Origin: Escherichia phage vB_EcoM-172859UKE1
Strand: one strand, 5' to 3'
Length of the DNA: 64,000 nt
Sequence record: MZ234025.1
The notes under the pieces: generated by a model
Told to the model about the DNA's origin: nothing
The model's input: only the letters and a program-made list of their open reading frames with translations
The model's database searches: none
In this document: positions 1 to 9,423 of the stretch, piece after piece
How the letters are laid out: each line of letters starts with the position of its first letter
Position numbering within the stretch: the first letter of the stretch is position 1
Position numbers and translations under genes: made by a program

Positions 1-456
1 TTCAGTCAAATCATTCCATGGGTACCATTCATCATTATAATATATTTCTTTTATGTTTTCACTTATCATTAATGCCTTGTTGTCATAAAACTTTTCAGGG
101 AAAGAAAAACGTATTTTTATACCAGCAACATCAAGTTCAGGTTCGACTAGTTCTTTTTGATATATCTCAAATGGTGCAGTTTTTTCTTTAGAGCATTTAG
201 GGCAAGTGAAAATAACGGGAACTTTTGTTTTGCCTATAGAGCCTGCAAAAACTTGCAGGAATATAAATGGTTGCCATGTTTTAGGGTACTCGCCAAAATA
301 ATCATCAATCAGATCGGCAATTATTTCTTTTTGTTCTTGCGGCGAACGATGTTCGATATCATTTCTAACTAGTAAAAAGTCTCTATAATCCGCCACAGTG
401 AACGGCTTAAAACGATGAACACCATCCGGTAATTTACAACGAATTATATTAGCCAT
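1..456 (-). CDS. 51: Partial CDS (N-terminal 152 codons, continues beyond window start); by gene order the baseplate hub assembly protein gp51
   Basis: Open reverse-strand frame from ATG (456-454) to window edge, [16 protein letters not shown]...CPKCSKEK; GGAG SD upstream; divergent from gene 26 as in T4. Name from synteny only. Confidence 0.5.
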   Translation of the reverse strand, partial: MANIIRCKLPDGVHRFKPFTVADYRDFLLVRNDIEHRSPQEQKEIIADLIDDYFGEYPKTWQPFIFLQVFAGSIGKTKVPVIFTCPKCSKEKTAPFEIYQKELVEPELDVAGIKIRFSFPEKFYDNKALMISENIKEIYYNDEWYPWNDLTE

Positions 457-473
457 AATTACTCCTTTTCTAT

Positions 474-481
474 TATTTATA
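474..481 (-). promoter_or_regulatory. T4-type late promoter box TATAAATA (for gene 51)
   Basis: Exact TATAAATA on minus strand about 20 nt upstream of the gene 51 start. Confidence 0.6.
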
Positions 482-485
482 AATA
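478..485 (+). promoter_or_regulatory. T4-type late promoter box TATAAATA (for gene 26)
   Basis: Exact TATAAATA on plus strand upstream of AAGGAG SD and ATG 504; overlaps the divergent minus-strand box. Confidence 0.6.
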
Positions 486-503
486 CACAATAAAGGAGTT
501 AAC

Positions 504-1130
504 ATGTACAAATATACGTTTACCGTACGTTTAGGCGATAAAGAAGTGAATTGTAGAGCCTTTACTTTAAAAGAATATTTAGGACTCATAGGTGCGCGGG
601 CTACCGGTACTATTGAATCAGCAGTGAACAATATTATCACTAATTGCTCTAACGCTAAAAACTTGACTAAACAAGAAGCCGAGTTATTGTTGGTAAATCT
701 GTGGGCACATTCGTTAGGTGAAGTGAATCAAGAACACACCTGGAATTGTTCCTGTGGGCATTCATTTCAAGTCTATATGAATTTATTGCACACTCAATTA
801 GATGAACAGGCCGATCCCTGGTATTCGTTTAGTGGTATTAAAATTAAGTTCCGTCAACCTAAATTATTTGATGATAAAAATATCGCATTAATGATTGCTT
901 CATGTATTGAGGCTGTTTTTGTCAATGGAGAGTCCATCCCTGTTGAAGATTTAACTGAAGCAGAAATAAACGACCTTTACGGCCTTATAACAGAAGATGA
1001 CATGATCAATATTAAAAATCTTTTGGTATCACCATCAATTTATCTGGCAACCCCTATTAAATGTCCCAAATGCGGGGCGTCACACGTTCACACAATACGA
1101 GGCCTCAAAGAATTCTTTGAGTTACTATAA
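504..1130 (+). CDS. 26: Baseplate hub subunit gp26
   Basis: 208-aa ORF, same length as T4 gp26; lies between 51 and 25; strong SD; Cys pairs CSCG...CPKCG. Confidence 0.7.
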   Translation: MYKYTFTVRLGDKEVNCRAFTLKEYLGLIGARATGTIESAVNNIITNCSNAKNLTKQEAELLLVNLWAHSLGEVNQEHTWNCSCGHSFQVYMNLLHTQLDEQADPWYSFSGIKIKFRQPKLFDDKNIALMIASCIEAVFVNGESIPVEDLTEAEINDLYGLITEDDMINIKNLLVSPSIYLATPIKCPKCGASHVHTIRGLKEFFELL

Positions 1131-1528
1131 TGTCTAATATCAATAAACTTTATTCAGATATCGATCCAGAAATGCGTATGGATTGGAACAAGGACGTTGC
1201 TCGTTCTGTAGGACTTCGTTCTATTAAAAATAGTCTTCTTGGCATAGTGACAACTAGAAAAGGCTCACGCCCCTTCGACCCTGAATTTGGATGCGATTTG
1301 GTCGACGAACTTTTCGAGAACATGACACCGCTTACAGCCGATACGATTGAGCGTAATATCCAGGCAGCCGTCCGTAACTATGAGCCGCGCATCGACAAAC
1401 TTTCTGTAAGTGTAACGCCAGTATATGATGACTATACAGTTATAGTAGAGATTAGATTTTCGGTCGTAGATAATCCTGATGATATCGAACAAATCAAACT
1501 TCAGTTAGCATCAAGCAATAGAGTGTAA
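1130..1528 (+). CDS. 25: Baseplate wedge subunit gp25
   Basis: 132 aa; matches recalled T4 gp25 (MSNINKLYSDIDPEM...IEQIKLQLASSNRV); start overlaps gene 26 stop (TAATG). Confidence 0.9.
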   Translation: MSNINKLYSDIDPEMRMDWNKDVARSVGLRSIKNSLLGIVTTRKGSRPFDPEFGCDLVDELFENMTPLTADTIERNIQAAVRNYEPRIDKLSVSVTPVYDDYTVIVEIRFSVVDNPDDIEQIKLQLASSNRV

Positions 1529-1553
1529 TGCTTCAAGGCAACCTATGTATAAT
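1527..1553 (+). promoter_or_regulatory. T4 middle (MotA-dependent) promoter for uvsY
   Basis: MotA box aaTGCTTcA at 1527-1535, 12-nt spacer, TATAAT at 1548-1553. Confidence 0.6.
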
Positions 1554-1608
1554 GGTTTTAGGTCCTTCCGATACAGCCGGGAGATTATTAGTTAAAAGAG
1601 AGAATATT

Positions 1609-2022
1609 ATGAAGCTGGAAGATTTACAGGAAGAGTTAGACGCAGACTTAGCTATTGATACGACAAAGTTGCAATATGAGACGGCGAATAATGTTAAGTT
1701 ATACAGCAAATGGCTACGTAAGCACTCATTTATTCGTAAAGAAATGTTGCGTATAGAGACTCAGAAGAAAACTGCTCTAAAAGCAAGATTAGACTACTAC
1801 TCGGGACGAGGTGACGGTGATGAATTCAGTATGGACCGATACGAGAAATCTGAAATGAAAACTGTCCTGGCTGCAGATAAAGATGTGCTTAAAATAGAGA
1901 CTACTTTACAATACTGGGGAATTTTACTTGAGTTCTGTAGTGGTGCACTTGACGCAGTTAAATCTCGTAGTTTTGCACTTAAACATATCCAGGATATGCG
2001 AGAATTTGAAGCGGGGCAATAA
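1609..2022 (+). CDS. uvsY: UvsY recombination mediator protein
   Basis: 137-aa product from ATG 1609 (MKLEDLQEEL...DMREFEAGQ) matches recalled T4 UvsY; the ORF-track start at 1528 would span the promoter. Confidence 0.9.
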   Translation: MKLEDLQEELDADLAIDTTKLQYETANNVKLYSKWLRKHSFIRKEMLRIETQKKTALKARLDYYSGRGDGDEFSMDRYEKSEMKTVLAADKDVLKIETTLQYWGILLEFCSGALDAVKSRSFALKHIQDMREFEAGQ

Positions 2023-2246
2023 TGCGTTATTCAATTGAAGATGCCTTTAATAATGATGAAGAATTTGAAACTGAAATTAAATTCTTAATGGAAAAGTATC
2101 GTCTACGTCGTCAGGATATTCGTATCCTGGCAGACCACCCGTGTGGTGAAGACGTCCTTTATATTAAAGGAAAATTTGCCGGATATCTTGATGAATATTT
2201 TTATTCTAAAGATATGGGCATTGATATGCATATGAGAGTTGTATAA
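2022..2246 (+). CDS. UvsY.-1-like small protein
   Basis: 74-aa ORF, start overlapping uvsY stop; position as in T4. Confidence 0.6.
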   Translation: MRYSIEDAFNNDEEFETEIKFLMEKYRLRRQDIRILADHPCGEDVLYIKGKFAGYLDEYFYSKDMGIDMHMRVV

Positions 2247-2249
2247 ATA
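2242..2249 (+). promoter_or_regulatory. T4-type late promoter box TATAAATA
   Basis: Exact TATAAATA about 30 nt upstream of the 2279 ATG. Confidence 0.5.
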
Positions 2250-2278
2250 GATATGTAATTTCAACTTAGGAGGCAATC

Positions 2279-2446
2279 ATGTCAGATAAGATTTGTGTTG
2301 TCTGTAAAACTCCAATCGATTCTGCATTGGTTGTTGAAACAGACAAAGGACCAGCACATCCTGGTCCTTGTTATAATTATGTCCAACAATTGCCGGTTTC
2401 AGAAAGTTCAGAAGAGCAATTGAACGAAACCCAACTTTTACTATAG
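2279..2446 (+). CDS. Small Cys-containing protein (uvsY.-2-like), 55 aa
   Basis: ATG preceded by AGGAGG SD; MSDKICVVCKTPIDS...; below the 60-aa cutoff of the ORF track. Confidence 0.55.
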   Translation: MSDKICVVCKTPIDSALVVETDKGPAHPGPCYNYVQQLPVSESSEEQLNETQLLL

Positions 2447-2471
2447 TGTTACCTTTTTGCCTATGGTTTTT

Positions 2472-2501
2472 GGCCCTTCCAAAAAGGTCGGGCCTTTTTT
2501 T
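2472..2501 (+). terminator. Rho-independent terminator hairpin
   Basis: GGCCC...GGGCC stem followed by T7 run, between convergent uvsY.-2 and uvsW.1. Confidence 0.6.
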
Positions 2502-2503
2502 AA

Positions 2504-2737
2504 TTAGAAGTCTTCTTCCACATCCTCATCATCGTCGCCTTCAAGTTCGGCACGCTTACCTGCTAAGGCATCCCTGACAGAAATATCATCTGTATCTTTT
2601 AATTCCGTTTCTTTTATACGTTTCTTATAATAAGCTTCCAATTCTTCAAGCCCTTCTAAGGTATGACAACTAGCAATTTTACCCATGAATTCGTCAATAG
2701 ATGCTTCGTATAAAAATTGTTTAAATTCAAGTACCAT
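2504..2737 (-). CDS. uvsW.1: UvsW.1 (small acidic partner of UvsW helicase)
   Basis: 77 aa with acidic C-terminus DDDEDVEEDF, immediately downstream of uvsW as in T4. Confidence 0.8.
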   Translation of the reverse strand: MVLEFKQFLYEASIDEFMGKIASCHTLEGLEELEAYYKKRIKETELKDTDDISVRDALAGKRAELEGDDDEDVEEDF

Positions 2738-2762
2738 TTTTATCTCCTAAGGGCCGAAGCCC

Positions 2763-4277
2763 TTATAAATTAATTGTTTTCATTACATAGTTAAATTTCT
2801 CATCAGCGTAACGTTGGATACGATCAATACCGTGTTTTAACAAGTAATTAAGATGAGTATACTTCTTTTTAGTATTTAATGATTTAGGTTTTACACCTGC
2901 GTCATCTATGAGATCCCAAACTGTAGCAACAGCTTTAGAACCGTGCTTACGAAGCACACGACCTACGGTTTGAAGTACGATAATTTTTGATTTAACACCA
3001 TGGGCAAAAATAACATGATGAAGATTCTTGACTGAAATACCAGTAGAGAATACTCCATATGATGCGACAATAATAATGCCTTTACCATTTTCTGCCATGA
3101 CTTTAAGCGCGTTACGTGTTTCAGTATCAACTTCACCTGATACGTAATAAACTTTTTCGTATCCAAGCTCTTTAATAGCTTCAAATATTTCTTTACCGTG
3201 TGTAACGTGTTTAAACATTACAAAGGCGTTCTCGTCTTTCTTAGCCAATTTGACCGAAAGTTGAGCAATCCACTTTGTACGACGTTTTAGTCCGGTAATA
3301 ATTTTAACTTCTTCTTGGTATGTTTTACCTTTTAATTTAATGGCGAATTCGTCCGGATAACGAAGGAAAATACTATTAATCTTAAGCTCAGTTACCTGTC
3401 CGTCTTCCATTAATTTAGACGTGCTAACAGGACGGAAGATTTCGCCGAACATGCCTACGTACTGCATTACATTGGCTTTTCCGTCTCTTAATGAGCCAGA
3501 TAAACCGAATTTAAACATGCAATTATTTAATCCTGAGATGATTGAAGAAATACTTTTGCCTGTTGCTAAGTGGCATTCATCGTTCATCATCATACCGAAC
3601 TGAGAGAACCATTCTTTAGGCTGCTTAACTACCGTTTGCCATGTGCCAACAATAATTGGAGCGTCGTTTTTAGATTTGTCCGCTTTATCAGCACCACCGC
3701 CAATTTTCTTAATCATCGAATGACTAAACAAGCGATAATCAACAAAATCATTAGCCATCTGGGTTGTCAATGCTGTTGTAGGGACGATAATGAGAATTTT
3801 ACCTTCATAGTTCTCTAGATAATACCGAGCTAAAAGTGCTTGGATTAGTGATTTACCTGCTGATGTCGGAAGGTTTAAAATTCGACGACGATTAACTAGC
3901 CCTTCATATACTGCATCTTTTTGATACCAATGTGGTTCGATTTTGGCGTTGCCTGAATAAATTTCTTGTTTAGAAAGCCATGCGTCAAAATCTTCCCTGG
4001 TAAGGTCTTCAGTCTCAAAGATTTTAGGGTCAATCCATACAGAATAACTCATATTGTTACAGAACTTTTTTATTTGTCCTACAAGTCCATATGGTAACAA
4101 ACGATTGTAATCTAAAAGTCGAATTCTACCGTCCCATTGCCCATAGCGATATTTTGGGTTAAATTTATACCCGTCAGCTTCAAAGCTAAAAAAGTCACGA
4201 AGTTCGTAAAACGTACTTTCGTCGCATTCAATGCGCACGTGACTAAAATCATGAAAATGTACTTTAATGTCAGTCAT
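2763..4277 (-). CDS. uvsW: UvsW DNA/RNA helicase (SF2)
   Basis: 504 aa; Walker A PTSAGKS, DECH box; length and position match T4 UvsW. Confidence 0.9.
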   Translation of the reverse strand: MTDIKVHFHDFSHVRIECDESTFYELRDFFSFEADGYKFNPKYRYGQWDGRIRLLDYNRLLPYGLVGQIKKFCNNMSYSVWIDPKIFETEDLTREDFDAWLSKQEIYSGNAKIEPHWYQKDAVYEGLVNRRRILNLPTSAGKSLIQALLARYYLENYEGKILIIVPTTALTTQMANDFVDYRLFSHSMIKKIGGGADKADKSKNDAPIIVGTWQTVVKQPKEWFSQFGMMMNDECHLATGKSISSIISGLNNCMFKFGLSGSLRDGKANVMQYVGMFGEIFRPVSTSKLMEDGQVTELKINSIFLRYPDEFAIKLKGKTYQEEVKIITGLKRRTKWIAQLSVKLAKKDENAFVMFKHVTHGKEIFEAIKELGYEKVYYVSGEVDTETRNALKVMAENGKGIIIVASYGVFSTGISVKNLHHVIFAHGVKSKIIVLQTVGRVLRKHGSKAVATVWDLIDDAGVKPKSLNTKKKYTHLNYLLKHGIDRIQRYADEKFNYVMKTINL

Positions 4278-4306
4278 GTCAAATTACCATGTAATAAATA
4301 TAGTTA

Positions 4307-4314
4307 TATTTATA
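4307..4314 (-). promoter_or_regulatory. T4-type late promoter box TATAAATA (for uvsW)
   Basis: Exact TATAAATA on minus strand about 30 nt upstream of uvsW ATG. Confidence 0.55.
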
Positions 4315-4327
4315 ATGAGGAAATATC

Positions 4328-4996
4328 ATGATCGATAAAGACTATATTGAAGAGTTACGTGCTCTTTCTGATAAAAAGGAAGCCAAAGCTAAACTGTTTG
4401 AATATGCGGAACAATTTGGCATTAGTGTTAAGAAAACAAAATCATTCGATAATATTGTTATTGATATCGAAGAAGCTCTTAACGCACTGGCTGATGAACC
4501 ATTACCTGAAACTGATGGATTATCTATCACTGATTTAATTACTGCCGCAGACGATGTGGACGGTGTTAATTTCACCAACGAAGAAGTTAAAGAAGAAGCT
4601 ATTCTGTTGTTTGATTCTCCAACAGAACAAGTTGAAGTATTAGAAGTTGTCGAACAAGAAAAAGAATTCGACCATGATAAATTCGAAGAAGCAATTACTC
4701 AGGTTGTTGAATCTGAAAAAGAGCCTGAGTCAGAGGTAAATAAAGAAGTAAAATTTGTTCTGCCTGAAAATTTTAGTCCTACGCTCATTAAATTAGGCAA
4801 AGGCCTAGGATATGTTACTGTTCCTTGGTGGATTTATCAATGGATAGCCGAAACCCCAGATTGGAAATCTCGCCCAACTAGTTTTGTGCATGCTTCTGCT
4901 CACCAAACATTATTTAGCTTAATTTATTATATTAATCGCGATGGATCAGTTCTAATTCGTGAAACTCGTAATTCTTCTTTCGTAACATTAAAATAA
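4328..4996 (+). CDS. inh: Inh, inhibitor of prohead protease gp21
   Basis: 222 aa, acidic N-terminal half; size and position (between uvsW and hoc) match T4 Inh. Confidence 0.75.
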   Translation: MIDKDYIEELRALSDKKEAKAKLFEYAEQFGISVKKTKSFDNIVIDIEEALNALADEPLPETDGLSITDLITAADDVDGVNFTNEEVKEEAILLFDSPTEQVEVLEVVEQEKEFDHDKFEEAITQVVESEKEPESEVNKEVKFVLPENFSPTLIKLGKGLGYVTVPWWIYQWIAETPDWKSRPTSFVHASAHQTLFSLIYYINRDGSVLIRETRNSSFVTLK

Positions 4997-5005
4997 GGAT
5001 AACTT

Positions 5006-5785
5006 ATGGCTTTTACAGTTGATATAACTCCTAAAACACCTACTGGAGTTATAGATCAGACTCAGCAGTTTACTGCTACACCCAGTGGTCAAACTGGAGA
5101 TGGACCTATTACATATGCTTGGACTGTAGATGATGTTCCACAAGATGGAGCTGAAGCAACTTTTAGTTATGTACTAAAAGGACCTGCCGGTCAAAAGACT
5201 ATTAAAGTAGTTGCAACAAACCCAGTCCTAGACGCTGAAGCTGAAACAGCAGAAGCTACTACAACTATCACAGTTCAAAATAAGACACAAACGACCACCT
5301 TAGCTGTAACTCCTAATAGCCCTGACGCTGGAGTAATTGGAACAGCTATTGAATTTACTGCTACTTTAGCTTCGCAGCCATCGGGCGCAAACGCTACTTA
5401 TCAATGGTATGTAGATGATTCTCCTGTGGGCGAAGCAACTAACGCTACGTTCAATTACACTCCTGCCGAAAGCGGGGTAAAAAGAATTAAGTGTGTGGCT
5501 CAAGTAACTGCGACAGATTATGATGCACTAAGCGTTACTTCTAATGAAGTATCACTGACTGTTAATAAAAAGACACAGACAACTACTTTGGCAGTAACTC
5601 CCGATAGTCCTTCAGCTGGAGTAATTGGAACCCCAGTTCAATTTACTGCTGCCTTAGCTTCTCAACCAGTTGGAGCGTCTGCTACGTATCAGTGGTATGT
5701 AGATGATTCACAAGTTGGTGGAGAAACTAACTCTACATTTAGCTATACTCCAACTACAAGTGGAGTTAAAAAATTAAATGCGTAG
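5006..5785 (+). CDS. hoc: Hoc outer capsid protein, N-terminal part (Ig-like domains 1-3), ended by a frameshift
   Basis: Tandem Ig-like repeats (TQTTTLAVTP...YQWYVDD...); frame ends at TAG 5783-5785 after an A6 run; continues in another frame (see 5863..6423). Confidence 0.8.
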   Translation: MAFTVDITPKTPTGVIDQTQQFTATPSGQTGDGPITYAWTVDDVPQDGAEATFSYVLKGPAGQKTIKVVATNPVLDAEAETAEATTTITVQNKTQTTTLAVTPNSPDAGVIGTAIEFTATLASQPSGANATYQWYVDDSPVGEATNATFNYTPAESGVKRIKCVAQVTATDYDALSVTSNEVSLTVNKKTQTTTLAVTPDSPSAGVIGTPVQFTAALASQPVGASATYQWYVDDSQVGGETNSTFSYTPTTSGVKKLNA

Positions 5786-5859
5786 CCCAAGTAACCGCGG
5801 CAGATTATGATGCAAAGGAAGTTACTTCTAATGAAGTATCATTAACGGTTAATAAGAAG
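5281..5859 (+). repeat. Tandem direct repeat (2 x ~289 bp) encoding duplicated Hoc Ig-like domains
   Basis: Copy 1 about 5281-5570 and copy 2 about 5571-5859 align at the nucleotide level at most positions (identity not computed). Confidence 0.8.
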
Positions 5860-5862
5860 ACA

Positions 5863-6423
5863 ATGAATCCACAGGTTACATTGACTCCTCCTTCTATTAA
5901 CGTTCAGCAAGATGCTTCAGCTACATTTACCGCTAATGTCACTGATGCTCCAGAAGAAGCGCAAATTGCGTATTCATGGAAGAAAGATTCTTCTCCTGTA
6001 GAAGGATCAACTAATGTATATACCGTTGATACCTCATCTATTGGAAGTCAAACTATTGAAGTTACTGCAACTGTTACTGCTACTGATTATGATAGCAAAA
6101 CTATTACAGCAGAAGGTCAAGTTCAGGTAACTGATAAAGTTGCTCCAGAACCAGAAGGTGAATTACCTTATGTTCATCCTCTTCCACATCGTACTTCAGC
6201 TTACATCTGGTGCGGTTGGTGGGTTATGGATGAAATCCAAAAAATGACTGAAGAAGGTAAAGATTGGAAAACTGAAGATCCAGATAGTAAATACTACCTG
6301 CATCGTTACACTCTTCAGAAGATGATGAAAGACTACCCAGAAGTTGATGTTCAAGAATCACGTAATGGATACATCATCCATAAAACTGCTTTGGAAACTG
6401 GTATCATCTATACATATCCATAA
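5863..6423 (+). CDS. hoc: Hoc outer capsid protein, C-terminal part (4th Ig-like domain plus capsid-binding domain)
   Basis: C-terminus ...WCGWWVMDEIQKMTEEGKDW...ETGIIYTYP as recalled for T4 Hoc; this frame is open back to 5770, overlapping the upstream frame. Confidence 0.8.
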   Translation: MNPQVTLTPPSINVQQDASATFTANVTDAPEEAQIAYSWKKDSSPVEGSTNVYTVDTSSIGSQTIEVTATVTATDYDSKTITAEGQVQVTDKVAPEPEGELPYVHPLPHRTSAYIWCGWWVMDEIQKMTEEGKDWKTEDPDSKYYLHRYTLQKMMKDYPEVDVQESRNGYIIHKTALETGIIYTYP

Positions 6424-6429
6424 TTGTAA

Positions 6430-6450
6430 GGGGCTTCGGCCCCTTTCTTC
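6430..6450 (+). terminator. Rho-independent terminator after hoc
   Basis: GGGGC-TTCG-GCCCC hairpin followed by a T-rich run. Confidence 0.65.
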
Positions 6451-6524
6451 GTTTTTAAAGCATACAAAACACAACTTGAGATTGATGTATATAATGGCAC
6501 AAACCAAATAATACGGGATTGATT

Positions 6525-6719
6525 ATGAGAGCTGAAGTTGAAGTTTATACATTACATGAGGCGGGATTTTCATTCGTAGAAATTGCTCAAAAAATCGGTT
6601 TACAACCTAAAGAAGTTGGATTACTATGGACTAAAGCCGAGACAGCTCGGTCAAAGTTTAAAGCAAAAGAAAAAGTTGTATACCGTAAACGTCTGATTAA
6701 TAAAAAGGTGAAGAAATGA
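6525..6719 (+). CDS. Hypothetical small protein with helix-turn-helix-like segment
   Basis: 64 aa from ATG 6525; FSFVEIAQKIGLQPKEV resembles an HTH; basic C-terminus. Confidence 0.5.
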   Translation: MRAEVEVYTLHEAGFSFVEIAQKIGLQPKEVGLLWTKAETARSKFKAKEKVVYRKRLINKKVKK

Positions 6720-6967
6720 GTTTTGCACAGGAATTAAGAGAAAGGGCTCTGGCCACTAAAGCCAATTTGTTGAGTGATTTTATTACTAACTTCTCAGTAA
6801 TAGCAGAGAAAGCTGCTGACAAAGGTCAGACACAATTCACGTACTATCCATCAAAGAATGATTTAACTATCACCGAGCAAGTCGGGCAGTGGTTACGTGA
6901 TAATGGCTTTCAGTATAAAATTAATCACGACCAGCGTGATGGTCATTGGATAGAAATCAAGTTCTAA
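6716..6967 (+). CDS. Hypothetical protein (83 aa)
   Basis: ORF with start overlapping upstream stop; position of T4 24.2/24.3. Confidence 0.5.
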   Translation: MSFAQELRERALATKANLLSDFITNFSVIAEKAADKGQTQFTYYPSKNDLTITEQVGQWLRDNGFQYKINHDQRDGHWIEIKF

Positions 6968-6995
6968 TATGCTTTACAATTTTTGATGGTATAAT
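6968..6995 (+). promoter_or_regulatory. T4 middle (MotA-dependent) promoter for rnlB
   Basis: MotA box ATGCTTTA at 6969-6976, 13-nt spacer, TGgTATAAT at 6987-6995. Confidence 0.55.
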
Positions 6996-7086
6996 GAATC
7001 TAGGTTCTATCCATTCAAATTAAACATCTGGTCAGAGACAGAGTCTCTGCTAATTATTTTGATATTATTATTTATAATGGTGATTT

Positions 7087-8085
7087 ATGTTTAAGAAATA
7101 CAGCAGTCTTGAAAACCACTACAACTCTAAGTTTATTGAAAAACTCTACACTAATGGTTTGACTACTGGTGTTTGGGTAGCACGTGAGAAAATCCATGGG
7201 ACCAACTTCTCGTTAATAATTGAACGTGACAACGTCACATGCGCCAAGCGCACAGGCCCTATTCTTCCAGCAGAAGATTTTTATGGTTATGAAATCGTAC
7301 TCAAGAAGTATGATAAAGCTATTAAAGCCGTTCAGGAATTCATGTACACAGCTCGAGCCGTATCATATCAAGTATTCGGTGAATTCGCTGGTGGTGGAAT
7401 CCAGAAAGGTGTTGACTACGGTGAAAAAGATTTTTATGTGTTCGATATCCTTATCAATACAGAAAGTGGTGATAATACGTATTTGACTGATTACGAAATG
7501 CAAGATTTCTGTAATGAATTCGGTTTTAAAATGGCACCAATGCTTGGTCGTGGCACATTTGATGCTCTTATCATGATTCCAAACGACCTTGATTCCGTCT
7601 TAGCCGCTTATAATGCTACAGCGTCAGAAGACCTTGTCGAAGCAAATAATTGTGTATTTGATGCTAATGTTATTGGCGATAATACGGCAGAAGGTTATGT
7701 TCTGAAGCCTTGTTTCCCTAAATGGCTGCCAAACGGTACTCGTGTAGCTATTAAGTGCAAGAACTCTAAATTCAGTGAAAAGAAAAAGTCTGATAAGCCT
7801 ATTAAAACTCAGGTTCCATTAACCGAAATTGACAAAAACTTGCTTGATGTTCTAGCTTGTTATGTTACATTAAATCGTGTTAATAATGTGATTTCTAAGA
7901 TTGGGACTGTAACGCCAAAAGATTTTGGCAAAGTGATGGGATTGACTGTTCAAGATATTCTGGAAGAAACTTCTCGTGAAGGTATTGTATTAACATCATC
8001 TGATAATCCGAATCTTGTTAAGAAAGAATTAGTCCGAATGGTGCAAGATGTTCTGCGTCCTGCATGGATTGAATTAGTATCATAA
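7087..8085 (+). CDS. rnlB: RNA ligase 2 (Rnl2)
   Basis: 332 aa; matches recalled T4 Rnl2 ([21 protein letters not shown]...[10 protein letters not shown]...RPAWIELVS), lysine-containing KIHGTN motif. Confidence 0.9.
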   Translation: MFKKYSSLENHYNSKFIEKLYTNGLTTGVWVAREKIHGTNFSLIIERDNVTCAKRTGPILPAEDFYGYEIVLKKYDKAIKAVQEFMYTARAVSYQVFGEFAGGGIQKGVDYGEKDFYVFDILINTESGDNTYLTDYEMQDFCNEFGFKMAPMLGRGTFDALIMIPNDLDSVLAAYNATASEDLVEANNCVFDANVIGDNTAEGYVLKPCFPKWLPNGTRVAIKCKNSKFSEKKKSDKPIKTQVPLTEIDKNLLDVLACYVTLNRVNNVISKIGTVTPKDFGKVMGLTVQDILEETSREGIVLTSSDNPNLVKKELVRMVQDVLRPAWIELVS

Positions 8086-8093
8086 CGAAAAAA

Positions 8094-8114
8094 GGGACCT
8101 TATGGTCCCTTTTT
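8094..8114. terminator. Bidirectional terminator between convergent rnlB and gene 24
   Basis: GGGACC-ttat-GGTCCC hairpin flanked by an A-run upstream and a T-run downstream. Confidence 0.7.
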
Positions 8115-8115
8115 A

Positions 8116-9396
8116 TTAGTCTATAATAATTTTAGGCAATTTAACACCGAGTAAAACAGACAAGTCTGAACGTCCTGCCATTTTATCCATGTCCCCACCA
8201 TCAATTATTCTCGCTTCTTTTTCGTCTTTTGCTACTGTGTAAGGATTTGCTGATAAAGCATATCTAACCAATAATCCGATAGACGGTTGCAAGCTTTCTG
8301 GATCAACTACAACTTTAAAAGCACCGACATGTTCCGGGTCATCTAAATCTACTCCTTCAGTGTATGGAGCATAAAAGATTGACCCTACAATTTCTTTTTC
8401 GCCGATATTTTCTACAACACCCACAACAACATAATCTAACGGGCTGTTGGTATCGCAGTAAAGAGGTAATCCATTTGCCAAGAATCCATAAGCATTTTGT
8501 GAAAGATACTTGTCATCTTCTGGCTTATGTTTTAACCAACCAGAAGCAGCAAGAATAGCAGCTGCACGAGCTGAGGCTACACAAAACGTTGCAGTATAAG
8601 TTGTCTCTTTTTGAATGTGTGATACCATTTCACACACCATTCGATATAATGAACGACCTGCTTCTGGAGCGGATGCATAACTCAAGTCAATAAATCCGGT
8701 GTCAGTAATTCCAGTAACTTTATAACGTTTCGATACAGTAATTAAAGACTGAAGAATATCTTTATTAATTTCATCAGCCATTTCAGTAGCAAGCAAATCT
8801 TCTAAGAAGTTAGGGGCATCAAATCCATTAGCTTCCAAATCTTGCGCTAATTCAACCGTGAGGCCAGTTTTAAGTTTACGAGATTTGACTGAAGTTTGCC
8901 ATTTATTAATCTGGAATCTTGCATCAGAAATTTCGCTACCAGAGCTTTCAAATTTGCTTGTTACCGCTGCATCTGAAAATAACCGTACCTTTAAATGAAC
9001 GATTGCAATCTGAAGAGCTAATTCTAGATCACTTTCTTGAATATCTGCAAATGGTGCATCTTCTAACACTTTATAGACGATATTATTATATTTGAAAAAA
9101 TCGCCTTTATTTAGTGTGACTTTTGATTCTTCTGTGAGTTCGGTAATTTTTTCTCGGTCTACATATCCAGCTTCACCCGCATAAGTAGCACCAGTTTTAA
9201 ATGTGAATTCGTTATCCGGGTTAAGATATTTGATACCATAAAAAGCAGCAACAGGTTGATTAGTTCTTTGTGTTGCTACAATGTCAGAATATATTAATTT
9301 AGTCGTAGCGCGAGTCAAAGCAACGAGATTTGGGCGACCAATTGAGTTGCTAGTAGACGTTGTAGATTCACGCAATAATTTTTGGATTTTACTCAT
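8116..9396 (-). CDS. 24: Capsid vertex protein gp24
   Basis: 426 aa; gp23 paralog downstream of gene 23 as in T4. Confidence 0.9.
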   Translation of the reverse strand: MSKIQKLLRESTTSTSNSIGRPNLVALTRATTKLIYSDIVATQRTNQPVAAFYGIKYLNPDNEFTFKTGATYAGEAGYVDREKITELTEESKVTLNKGDFFKYNNIVYKVLEDAPFADIQESDLELALQIAIVHLKVRLFSDAAVTSKFESSGSEISDARFQINKWQTSVKSRKLKTGLTVELAQDLEANGFDAPNFLEDLLATEMADEINKDILQSLITVSKRYKVTGITDTGFIDLSYASAPEAGRSLYRMVCEMVSHIQKETTYTATFCVASARAAAILAASGWLKHKPEDDKYLSQNAYGFLANGLPLYCDTNSPLDYVVVGVVENIGEKEIVGSIFYAPYTEGVDLDDPEHVGAFKVVVDPESLQPSIGLLVRYALSANPYTVAKDEKEARIIDGGDMDKMAGRSDLSVLLGVKLPKIIID

Positions 9397-9423
9397 TGCA
9401 TTTTTTCCTTATGTGATATAGAT

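Noticed and set aside
157-372. 71-aa plus-strand ORF at the window start
   Set aside because: It is embedded antisense in the partial gene 51 frame and has no RBS.
5760-5790. Programmed ribosomal frameshift in hoc
   Set aside because: The A6 run lacks a canonical slippery heptamer with a downstream structure; a 1-nt indel (assembly error or mutation) explains it more simply. It is kept as a finding only for verification.
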